NCBI GenBank assembly: GCA_028749105.1
Contig: JAQUQF010000001.1
Coordinates: 1 to 42,682, forward strand
Direction of reading: 5' to 3'
Source: Acidobacteriota bacterium
Lineage (GTDB): Bacteria; Acidobacteriota; Aminicenantia; UBA2199
Length of the DNA stretch: 42,682 nucleotides
Shown: positions 1 to 7,800 of the stretch, one piece after another
Numbering within the stretch: position 1 is the first letter of the stretch
How the letters are laid out: each line of letters starts with the position of its first letter
Position numbers and translations under genes: made by a program
Notes under the pieces: model-generated
Told to the model about the DNA's origin: nothing
Database searches by the model: none
What the model saw: the letters and a program-made list of their open reading frames with translations, nothing else

Positions 1-525
1 CGCCCACGCCGCCGCCGCCGCCGCCTCCCGCGCCGCCGCCCACGCCGCCGCCGCCCACGCCGACGCCGCCGCCTCCTCCCATGCCGCCGCCGCCGCCGCC
101 GCCTCCCGCGCCGCCGCCGCCGATCTGTCGGCTCCCGACAGCCACGCTTTCGCCCAAGTGTGCCATTGGGTATCTGATTTTGGTGTCACCTCTTGCGCCG
201 CCAAAATGGCATAACGAACGCGCTGCTCAATCGTGACAACCGGGAGCGCGATTTGCTTGATTGGACGCATCCGAGTCCAACCCTCTTTCATCTGCCCGTC
301 ACGCAGATTCTTGCCCGCAACCTCGACCGCAAATCCAAGCGGGTCACGGATGTTGGCGTGGATGGGGTTATGCAAAACAGCCAGCAGCGGGTGGATGTAG
401 TCATGCAGCCACCCGGGGCCGCACAGTTCGCCGTGGCCGTCTGTTTCCTTCCACTCCCCGACGGTCCACCGGCAGCCGCCGTGGCTGGTCATGTCCTGAC
501 GCAGCAACTTATAACGGATTTTCAT
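1..525 (-). CDS. Partial CDS (C-terminus lies beyond the window edge): globular N-terminal domain followed by Ala/Trp low-complexity repeats; paralog of 42220..42682
   Basis: Hand translation of the minus strand. ATG at 525-523 forms an ATGA overlap with the stop of 522..806. Reads MKIRYKLLRQDMTSHGGCRWTVGEWKETDGHGELCGPGWLHDYIHPLLAVLHNPIHANIRDP...QWHTWAKAWLSGADRSAAAAREAAAAAAAWEEAAASAWAAAAWAAAREAAAAAWA and stays open to nt 1. It is missing from the ORF track only because no stop lies in the window. Confidence 0.7.
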   Translation of the reverse strand, partial: MKIRYKLLRQDMTSHGGCRWTVGEWKETDGHGELCGPGWLHDYIHPLLAVLHNPIHANIRDPLGFAVEVAGKNLRDGQMKEGWTRMRPIKQIALPVVTIEQRVRYAILAAQEVTPKSDTQWHTWAKAWLSGADRSAAAAREAAAAAAAWEEAAASAWAAAAWAAAREAAAAAAWA

Positions 526-806
526 GCAAACTTCCCTTTCTTGGCGTCCCAGCGGACGCGGATGCCGCTTTTTGTGGCGTCTTTTGCGAGATATGCACGA
601 CAGTTTTTCGTCACAACCGCCAACAATCCGTGGTTGTTGAGGTAGTTCAGCACCCGCGCCGCCTCGTTGCCACGCTCAAGACGGTAGCGGCCGATGGTTT
701 CCCATTCGTTATCGTGCAGGGCCGCGCGCTGGAAACTCGCCCCAGAGACCACACCGGTTTCGTTGGCGAACTGTATCCACACCCGCTCCGGCAGTTTCTT
801 GCTCAT
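522..806 (-). CDS. Hypothetical protein, 94 aa
   Basis: ATG at 806 preceded by AGAGGAGTGGAGAA. ATGA overlaps at both ends (803..1081 upstream, gene at 525 downstream). Its C-terminal half has a diverged copy at 42099..42263. Confidence 0.7.
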   Translation of the reverse strand: MSKKLPERVWIQFANETGVVSGASFQRAALHDNEWETIGRYRLERGNEAARVLNYLNNHGLLAVVTKNCRAYLAKDATKSGIRVRWDAKKGKFA

Positions 807-1081
807 TTCTCCACTCCTCTGATGCGGTCAATCATAAAAAACGCACCAAACACTATGCCAATCGTGCCCCCGACAAGGGCCATGGTTCCACCCGCAAGGC
901 GAACACCCACCCAGCCGCCCATCATAAAGGCCCCCGCCAACGCGACCATGCGATACAGCACATACAGCCAACCCAAAACGCCGTGGATGATGCACCAGAA
1001 CACGGAGTGGTTCGTTGTCCACGACAACACTATTGCGATCGCGGTCCCCATCCCTATCCCGCAGGAACTACCCTTGCTCAC
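803..1081 (-). CDS. Small integral membrane protein, 92 aa (about 3 hydrophobic helices)
   Basis: GTG start with AAGGAGG 7 nt upstream. GTGA overlap with 1078..1359. Hydrophobic stretches AIAIVLSW, VLGWLYVLYRMVALAGAFMMGGWVGV and GGTIGIVFGAFFMI. Confidence 0.7.
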   Translation of the reverse strand: MSKGSSCGIGMGTAIAIVLSWTTNHSVFWCIIHGVLGWLYVLYRMVALAGAFMMGGWVGVRLAGGTMALVGGTIGIVFGAFFMIDRIRGVEK

Positions 1082-1359
1082 TTCGCGCCCTCCTTTTTCA
1101 GCAGCTCATCCACAAAGTTCAGGTGCGTCCGGGCTTCACGCACAAGACCGCGCTCAAGGTCTTCTTTTATGCGCTTGAACAGACTGTCCCCGGTAACACG
1201 GCATTTTTTCAAAGCCCAGCGAACGCCGAGCAAGCGCACAACCAACTCAGCAACGAAGCCTTCATGGCTACTTACAACCCCCCTCATTTCGCGCCTCCTT
1301 TCACGCACTTTGCCCTCCTTTTCTTCCAGCCGCCTGCCGAGTGGATCCTCTTTGCTCAT
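1078..1359 (-). CDS. Hypothetical charged/helical protein, 93 aa
   Basis: ATG at 1359. First gene of a three-gene overlapping string (1359 -> 522). Confidence 0.6.
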   Translation of the reverse strand: MSKEDPLGRRLEEKEGKVRERRREMRGVVSSHEGFVAELVVRLLGVRWALKKCRVTGDSLFKRIKEDLERGLVREARTHLNFVDELLKKEGAK

Positions 1360-1389
1360 AATTTTACGACACTCCTAACCGATATGTGT

Positions 1390-1716
1390 TCAGCCGGGCC
1401 GGCTCGGCGCGCGCGCACCCCCCCCCGCCCCTGCGCGCTCCCGCCCGCACCCGCCCGCGGTCGCCCCGGCGCGCGCTCGCCCGCCCACGCTCGCCCGCGC
1501 CTGGGCGCCCAGGCCAATCAACCACCAGCTCGCCACCACTCTCCCTGGCCACCCCGTGCCCGGCCAGCGCCAGGTCGGCGCCGATCCGGATCTGCCGGCC
1601 ACCCTGGGCCCCAGGTCAGGCAAGGTCCACCGCCGCCGGCGGATGATGCCCAGGACGCCCGACCGGACCATCCCCAGGATCACCGGCCGCCGCCGCCATT
1701 GATTCCGCGCTCGCAT
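1390..1716 (-). CDS. Possible Arg/Gly/Trp-rich small protein, 108 aa (uncertain)
   Basis: ATG at 1716 preceded by AAGGGGTGAAT. High G/C at third codon positions in this frame. The region is so GC-rich that several frames are open. Confidence 0.3.
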   Translation of the reverse strand: MRARNQWRRRPVILGMVRSGVLGIIRRRRWTLPDLGPRVAGRSGSAPTWRWPGTGWPGRVVASWWLIGLGAQARASVGGRARAGATAGGCGRERAGAGGGARAPSRPG

Positions 1717-1864
1717 ATTCACCCCTTGCATAGTCGTATAATCTTTATTATGAGTTGACCTCGCAATCCATAAAGCTCTATTTTGCAAGCACTTATGACT
1801 TCTGAAGATTTTGACCTTTGCATCTCCAAAATCATGATTTCATAAACCCTTGTAATTGTGTGAA

Positions 1865-2656
1865 TTATGGAAGTCGGTGGGGAGCGCTCCCAGCGCCAGG
1901 TTGGTCAGGTGGTCCCCCTGGATCGCCCAGGTCGGCCCCAGGATTGCTATCCAGCCGGACCCCAAGATTCCCCTGGCCGGCACTATCCGCGTCATTCCTG
2001 GCGGGTCCTGGCGTTTCCCTGGTCGCGCTATAGGGTTGGTCGCCGGCCGGCTGGACCTCCGCGCCATCAGGATCACTCGCGGCCTGGCGATTGGGATCCC
2101 CGGCCGGGCCCAGCAGCTTCCCCTTTGCCGCCGGCCTTTCCTCCTCCAAACCGATACGTGGTAGATTGTCCAGATACTCTCGGACATCCTCCGGCGTTAC
2201 TTCGCGCGTGGTCTCCACACGCACGGTGGGCCCGCCAGAAAGCAACTCTGATTTATCAGTCAGGATGCCCGCCAAAATCCCCAGATCGCGCGCAGGAATC
2301 TTTCGTGCGCGCTCATCATCAGACAGTAGTTCAATGATCCCCTCAACACACATGCGCGATGCTTCCCTACTCAAGGAAGCTATCCTTTGTTTTTCTATTG
2401 CTACATTCGCGGGCTCGCGCGCTCTGACCGCCAACACGGTGTGCGGACTCACGCACAGGATTCGCGCTATCCGCTGGACTCCTATTCCCTCCGCGCCCAA
2501 GGCAATTATGGCTCGATACTTTTCAGGCTCCGCAGAAAAAAGACGCGCCGCCGTGAAGGTTGGATTACGGCCACTTTCCTCCTCCTGAAAAAGACGCGCT
2601 GGCATCTGATCAGAAGAAAACAGCATAGGCTGTTGTTGTATCAACGATTCCGACAT
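1865..2656 (-). CDS. HTH DNA-binding protein with a helical middle domain and disordered acidic/Pro-rich tail; regulator or small-terminase-like
   Basis: ATG at 2656 preceded by AGAGGGAGTT. HTH-like GIGVQRIARILCVSPHTVLAVR, then LGILAGILTDKSELLSGGPT. The functional assignment is not resolved. Confidence 0.7.
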   Translation of the reverse strand: MSESLIQQQPMLFSSDQMPARLFQEEESGRNPTFTAARLFSAEPEKYRAIIALGAEGIGVQRIARILCVSPHTVLAVRAREPANVAIEKQRIASLSREASRMCVEGIIELLSDDERARKIPARDLGILAGILTDKSELLSGGPTVRVETTREVTPEDVREYLDNLPRIGLEEERPAAKGKLLGPAGDPNRQAASDPDGAEVQPAGDQPYSATRETPGPARNDADSAGQGNLGVRLDSNPGADLGDPGGPPDQPGAGSAPHRLP

Positions 2657-2979
2657 AACTCCCTCTGGACCTTACGCCAGTAAAAAACGGTCGCTGGTTT
2701 CCGATCGCCGCGGGGCCCACCATTCCAGATGCGCGCAATCCGCTCTGGACTGGCACTTGGTCCGGCGTAATGGCGAAGGTAAAGCTCAGCTATTCTGAGC
2801 GCGTGGTGGGGCACTAGCGCCGCGTGATGGGTGTATTGGGTGCCATAGATCCGATTGACATCCAGCACTACCGCCTTATGGATCTGCATGACCCCCAGGG
2901 CCCGGCCCTGATCGCCTACCGCGGCCGGGTTATTCCCCGACTCGACGATGATCATCGCCGCCAACAGTTGCGCCATCAC
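2641..2979 (-). CDS. Lytic transglycosylase / lysozyme-like (SLT, GH23-type) domain protein, 112 aa
   Basis: Catalytic-Glu motif IIVESGNNPAAVGDQGRALGVMQI plus downstream IARIWNGGP. GGGGGTGG Shine-Dalgarno before the GTG/ATG start at 2979/2976. Confidence 0.85.
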   Translation of the reverse strand: MMAQLLAAMIIVESGNNPAAVGDQGRALGVMQIHKAVVLDVNRIYGTQYTHHAALVPHHALRIAELYLRHYAGPSASPERIARIWNGGPRGDRKPATVFYWRKVQRELCRNR

Positions 2980-3206
2980 TTTCCACCCCCATCAGGCACA
3001 GGGAAAAAAAAGACGCCCCAGTTGCGCCGAACAGCGGCAGCTAGGACGCATGAACCATCAGCGGCCAGGTAACGGTTACCGGCCCAGGCAAGGACTTCTT
3101 GAGGCTGGCCAGGGCGGCCAGGATGCTGCTTAACGAGGATTGATTGCGGAAGATTTCCGCGATCAAAGAAAGCGGCGACGACTGAACTCAGCGGCCCCTT
3201 TGACAT
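2976..3206 (-). CDS. Hypothetical small protein (weak)
   Basis: ATG at 3206 (the track start at 3218 is TTG). Its stop overlaps the SLT start. No recognisable motif. Confidence 0.3.
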   Translation of the reverse strand: MSKGPLSSVVAAFFDRGNLPQSILVKQHPGRPGQPQEVLAWAGNRYLAADGSCVLAAAVRRNWGVFFFPVPDGGGK

Positions 3207-3216
3207 CACACCACCC

Positions 3217-3263
3217 AATCAACATCAGTAGGTAAAAGGATTCCCTACCGTAAGTGGTTGATT
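3217..3263 (-). other. Nested stem-loop in the leader just upstream of the 3206 start
   Basis: Outer arms AATCAAC (3217-3223) / GTTGATT (3257-3263). Inner arms GTAGG (3228-3232) / CCTAC (3244-3248). Confidence 0.5.
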
Positions 3264-3364
3264 ATCAAAGATTTGCAGAATGATAAGATTTATGCGACGT
3301 TCGCAATCTTACCGTTCTGGAGTCTTTGATACATCAACCGGGAAAAATCTCCCCAACTAAAGGC

Positions 3365-3393
3365 AAGCTACAGGCCGACGCTCATTCTGTCAA
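3365..3393 (-). promoter_or_regulatory. Candidate sigma70-type promoter reading leftward
   Basis: Minus strand TTGACA (3393-3388), 17-nt spacer, TAGCTT (3370-3365), in the AT-rich gap 3219-3406. The -10 element is weak. Confidence 0.3.
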
Positions 3394-3406
3394 GATTTAT
3401 TTTCAA

Positions 3407-4000
3407 TTATTTTAGCCGAAAGATTCTATCGGAAAATCTAGCTCGTATCGAAGAAACTATCTGATCGTCCGAACCGTAGGTGGCCAACAAAAACATTGGA
3501 TCCAATTCCTTATATTCAGCGCCTCCAGCAACTCTACTGAAGTAAGCAAACCGGATTTGGATGGCGACGGCATGATTCGATTTCAATACAGTTGGCCATA
3601 CCATCATAAAGGGAAATATAGATTTTGCTGCATCTTGTGATGTAGGGAAAAGGTGGAATCCATGCCGCAATAACTCATCCCTTATTGCTACCCTGATCTT
3701 TATGGCAACATCGGGCTCGGATCCTTCCTCCAATTCCGTGACATATGCATACTGCGGTTGCTGATTCAATCCTGGAATCAACGGCGCCAAGGCCGGGCTC
3801 GGACTCGCCGGAGCGGGCGGCGCCATCTCCGGCACGGCATCGCTTTCCCAGAAATTAGAGGTGGCGTTGGTCGGCATAGACTCCAGCTCAAAACCTGGCG
3901 GTAGTTCTGCCGATTTAAAACCCGGCGGCAGCCTGGGATCAGCGGCAAAGGCCACCACTACAAGTCCACAACAAAGGCAAATCAGGAGCATTGGTTTCAT
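3407..4000 (-). CDS. Secreted (Sec signal peptide) protein, 197 aa, with an N-terminal LPPGFKSAELPPGFELES motif shared with the giant protein
   Basis: ATG at 4000 in an ATGA overlap with 3997..4179. MKPMLLICLCCGLVVVAFA|ADP has an AxA cleavage site. The body of the gene is visibly lower in GC than its neighbours. Confidence 0.8.
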   Translation of the reverse strand: MKPMLLICLCCGLVVVAFAADPRLPPGFKSAELPPGFELESMPTNATSNFWESDAVPEMAPPAPASPSPALAPLIPGLNQQPQYAYVTELEEGSEPDVAIKIRVAIRDELLRHGFHLFPTSQDAAKSIFPFMMVWPTVLKSNHAVAIQIRFAYFSRVAGGAEYKELDPMFLLATYGSDDQIVSSIRARFSDRIFRLK

Positions 4001-4179
4001 AACTCCCCCCGTTGCCGGGCCCATCGGATCTTGGCGGCCCTAATCGCCGCCCGGCGTTTTCTCGCTCCTCGGCCGGCGTGGCCGCCAATCTTCCCCCAGG
4101 CGACTGCGGCGGCGTGGGTAATGATAGCGGTCTCAATCACCGTCCCGCACTTTGGGCAGATAACTTTTCCGCTGTTCAT
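3997..4179 (-). CDS. Small basic protein with a CxxC knuckle, 60 aa
   Basis: ATG at 4179 preceded by AAAGGAGGAAGA. MNSGKVICPKCGTV... with the tail GRGARKRRAAIRAAKIRWARQ. Confidence 0.6.
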   Translation of the reverse strand: MNSGKVICPKCGTVIETAIITHAAAVAWGKIGGHAGRGARKRRAAIRAAKIRWARQRGEL

Positions 4180-4390
4180 TCTTCCTCCTTTTGCGCTCAG
4201 CGGCCCGCTCGGCCGCATACCAGCGGGCCATAACCCAAAAGACCTTCGACAGCGCCGCCCGATATGTAATGCGCCGGCGCTCTTCCCGCAAGCCTAAAAT
4301 GTCCCCTGGCTCCAGACTTACAATCAGCCGCCGCCCAGAGGCTAATGGCCGCTCTCCGCGCCTTTTCACCGTCTTCTTTAGTCCTGTCAT
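4133..4390 (-). CDS. Hypothetical basic protein, 85 aa
   Basis: ATG at 4390 in an ATGA overlap with 4387..4617. Its 3' end overlaps the next gene by 47 nt. Confidence 0.55.
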   Translation of the reverse strand: MTGLKKTVKRRGERPLASGRRLIVSLEPGDILGLREERRRITYRAALSKVFWVMARWYAAERAAERKRRKNEQRKSYLPKVRDGD

Positions 4391-4617
4391 GATACACCCC
4401 TTAATATGGCGGCCAAGCGGGCATCGTCCGCGTCAATACGGCGTTGCAGCGACTCCGCCGCCCGGAAGTCTTCCCCTGCCACAAACCATTTGATTTCCTC
4501 GATGTGCTTCAAGATCAGGCGGGCCTTGTTGACCCCGAAACATACACCGTGATCCCTGGGATCCTCCTTCAAGATGATCGTGGGATGCCCGTGATACTGC
4601 GATCGTTCTGCACTCAT
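4387..4617 (-). CDS. Hypothetical protein, 76 aa
   Basis: ATG at 4617 preceded by AAAGGGGGGAACT. First gene after the AT-rich gap 4640-4804. Confidence 0.6.
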   Translation of the reverse strand: MSAERSQYHGHPTIILKEDPRDHGVCFGVNKARLILKHIEEIKWFVAGEDFRAAESLQRRIDADDARLAAILRGVS

Positions 4618-4804
4618 AGTTCCCCCCTTTCTTACCAACCCTATAGAGCAACTTTCATGCCAAGCAGCTTCGTATATGACAAGAATACATAATCCCCTTA
4701 TATTTCGACGCTTTTAGTTTTCGCCTGGGCACCAATCCGTAGCAGCTTCGCAAAAATGATATTGTAATTCCGCAAAACTGCTACGCGGCGGGGTGTTTGG
4801 ACGG

Positions 4805-7800
4805 CTAACGCCGGTCTTCTATGACCGTTTGTAGGCGCTGATATTTCTCGGCAGAGGTGGGAGCCTGGAGACTGGTTCGCAGGTCCAGAGGTAGAAGTTT
4901 GGCGATTTCTTCTTTCTTTACCGACTCCAGGAAGTTTGCCGCATAATGCCGCTTGATTGCCAGCGCCGGCGGTAATGGCTGGTTGGGATACTTCTGGAGC
5001 AGGTATGCTCCCTCTGCCAGTTTGACTCTGACCTCCGGCGTCAGAACATCTTGGAGCCGCCTGGTGCGCTTGAATGTCGCCATCATCTTATCTATTTCCA
5101 GCCGATTCTCGGCCATCTGATCCCCTGCTGACTTCGAACTCCGCGCCAGGTATTCCTTGTAGCCTACATTGGAGACCTTGAGCCGCCGCCCGAGACTGGC
5201 GGCCACCAGCGGGATCCGCAAAAACTTTTCAATCCCGCTGGTGGGCAGGTCCGGATTGGTATCAAACCGCCCGAGTAACCCGCCCAAGCTCTGATTCCAC
5301 TCCATTTGTGCGACCTTGATCGCGTCCTCGGGCCCGATCTCCCGGGCCTCATCCCGCGATAGCATCGGCCGCCCGCGCGCCATGGGATTTCCCCCGCCGG
5401 CCAGGATCAGGCCGTCATAGAGCATCTTGGTCATGGGGTTTATGCCTGGCAACTGTCCACCGGCGAACGAAGCCAGATTGCCGGCCACCTGCTTCCAGTC
5501 CTGGGCGGGCCCGATCCCCGCGAGCGCGAGCGCGCTGTTGGCCAGGGCCGCCACTACCCTCTCGGGTTCTGCCCAGACATGCCGGTAATAGAGGACTTTG
5601 CGCTCTTTCCTGTCCACCCAGCACAGAGGGATGCAGAGATAATTCATTTTATCAGATTCAGAGATGGAAAGATCCATTTCTTCGGATTCGTTACGCTTCT
5701 TCCGGCCGGCCAGCCACATCCCCAGGCCGCCAAAGACCAAGGCCCGCAGCGCCAACGGCCAGATCACCCGCCGGGCAGAGTTCCAGGCAAATTCGGCCGG
5801 CCGGTTCCGGGCTGTCCGCCAGAGCGAGCGCGAGCCCTCTTTGATTGCGTTGTAGAACAGAACAGCCAGGCGGATGTTGGGCGTATAACTCCCCTTTTCG
5901 AGGAAATCAGGCGAGCCGCTCATCATTCGCACCGTAATCCTCTTTTCCCATTCCGGCATATCGGGTTGGTATTTATCCAGGTGTTGCATCCCGGCAATCT
6001 TGACGGTTCGCTCTAAAACCTGGCCATATTCGCCCTGGTGCTTGAGCCAGTCTAGCATCACCCTAAATAATTCCTTGTCCCGGGTGCTGTCCAGGGGATC
6101 CAGGCCGCGCCGTTTCATTTCCCGGATAAACGGATCCGTCTCCGCGCCTTCGCCCCAATATCCTTCGCTACGGGATATGACCATCCCGCGCTTGAGGGCC
6201 AGCATGGCCAGCGCGTTTTCCCGCCCCGCGTATTGCTGGTGGGCTGCCCGGAAGCTCGATAATGCAAACTCCCCAAAGGCGCCCCCGGTCCCAGGCACGT
6301 ATTCCCGCCAGCGCCGCCAGGTCCCGGGCATCTGGAAGTTGAACGCGCCGACGTCTCGGGGAAAATTGGTAATAAACCAAAACCACGGATTCTTGGCCGT
6401 GATCCCGGAGGCGATCACGTCGTTGGCCACCTGGAGCGCGCCCTGGGCCAGGGAATGGGTCATAATCGAGTTACCCCGATTCCATTGGTCCACCAGGAAG
6501 CGCGGGGCATACCAGGCGTATAGCTCCCCTTTGTGTATGCAGTAAATTGTTCCAATCCGAGCATCATCGCGTTCAATAAACTCCAGCCGCCGCCCGGTCC
6601 ATTGTTTCTCTGCCTGCCGAAATAGATCCTGGTATGGCGAGTTGAGCATAGCCTGGATGGCCACCCATTTAGCGCGTTCTTTATACATCCAGTTGATCAG
6701 CGCGGCGCCCTTTAGTAGTGTGGCGCTTTCGGGGTTGGCAATCGGTCCGGTCATGCCGATTTGACGATAAACTTTATTCCCCACGCCCGATCCCAGCCGG
6801 TTGTTAAGCGCCTGCTGCAGGCTATCCTCGGTCTCATTCCAGCGCCCGCGGACCGCGGCAAACGTGCAATATACGCGGTTGTCTTCCAGCCATTTCTGGA
6901 GTGCTTCATCCAGGATCTCAAACTCCCTGGCCTGGCCGACGACCTCTTGCTGCCAGATCTCGGAGAGCTTCTTCTGCGAAGCTTCCAGGGCCGCAAACCG
7001 TTCCGGCCCCAGGTTGCGTTTCAATTCCTCGATCCGTTCCCTGGCGCTTTTCGGCGTGGCCAGCCAGGGGTTGGCCAGGTTCATCCGGCCGCCGGTGGAG
7101 TCCCGCCATTCGTAGCCTACCCGCAGCAGGAAGTCATACTCCCCGCGATCCTTCCGGTTGAGCCCCAGCTTTTCGCTGGGCGCCACCACTTCGGAATTGA
7201 CGCGCGCGGCAAATCGTTCAATGGGCGCCCCGCGGTAAAGGTAGTCGGAAAGCGCTCCCAGGGCCGGGCCGCCCTGGTCTTTGGGCAGGCGTTCCAGCCG
7301 CCATTGGTAGGGCCGGAAGATCCGGTCCAGTTTCATGCTGAATTCTTCCTGGCGCTCCATCCTGGTTGGCGCCAGGCTGGATTGGATCACCAGCAGTTGG
7401 TCCTGGGCTTCCATGTCCGCGCGCAGGTTGCGGACCCAATCCTCGCGCGCCGTGCCAGCCTTGATCTTCTCCTGAATCGCATCGTATTCCCGCTTGAGCG
7501 CCGGGCGTTGTTCCAGGTATTCGTAGAACAGGTGCGTGAATAGTGGCGCGCGCTTGTGGACCGCCGCCGGGTTATTGAGCAGGGCGCTGACCGCCTCGGC
7601 ATACATCTCCTCGGGCTTGTCGTAGTAGGGCTGCCATTCTCCTCCTCCGCGCCACCAGAGGATGAGGTTCTTGAGTTCGGCCTTGACCTGGCCTAGCGTG
7701 ATCATGCCGCGGCGATCGGTTTCACGCTTGACCAGTTCGGCGTAATGCTGGCTGACCTGCTTCTTCCAGGCGTCCCGTTGGCCAGCGGGCGGCCGTTTGC

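Noticed and set aside
1-140. The similar GCC-rich sequence at both window ends might mean a circular genome or terminal redundancy
   Set aside because: The flanking unique sequences are diverged paralogs, not identical copies. Joining position 42682 to position 1 would not produce a continuous gene, because the right-hand copy lacks about 60 N-terminal codons at the edge. The window is therefore more likely a slice of a larger genome.
193-1178. Plus-strand ORFs 193..645 and 261..1178 at the left edge
   Set aside because: They overlap the minus-strand Ala/Trp-repeat gene and the ATGA-coupled small genes. The minus-strand reading has a paralog at the other end of the window, which supports it as the real frame.
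1730-1865. tRNA genes or a sigma70 promoter in the AT-rich gaps (1730-1865, 3219-3406, 4640-4804)
   Set aside because: I found no T-loop (GGTTCGAAT-like) or cloverleaf arms. Two TTGACC boxes at 1756 and 1813 on the plus strand have poor -10 partners and point away from every gene. Only the 3393-3365 minus-strand candidate was kept, at low confidence.
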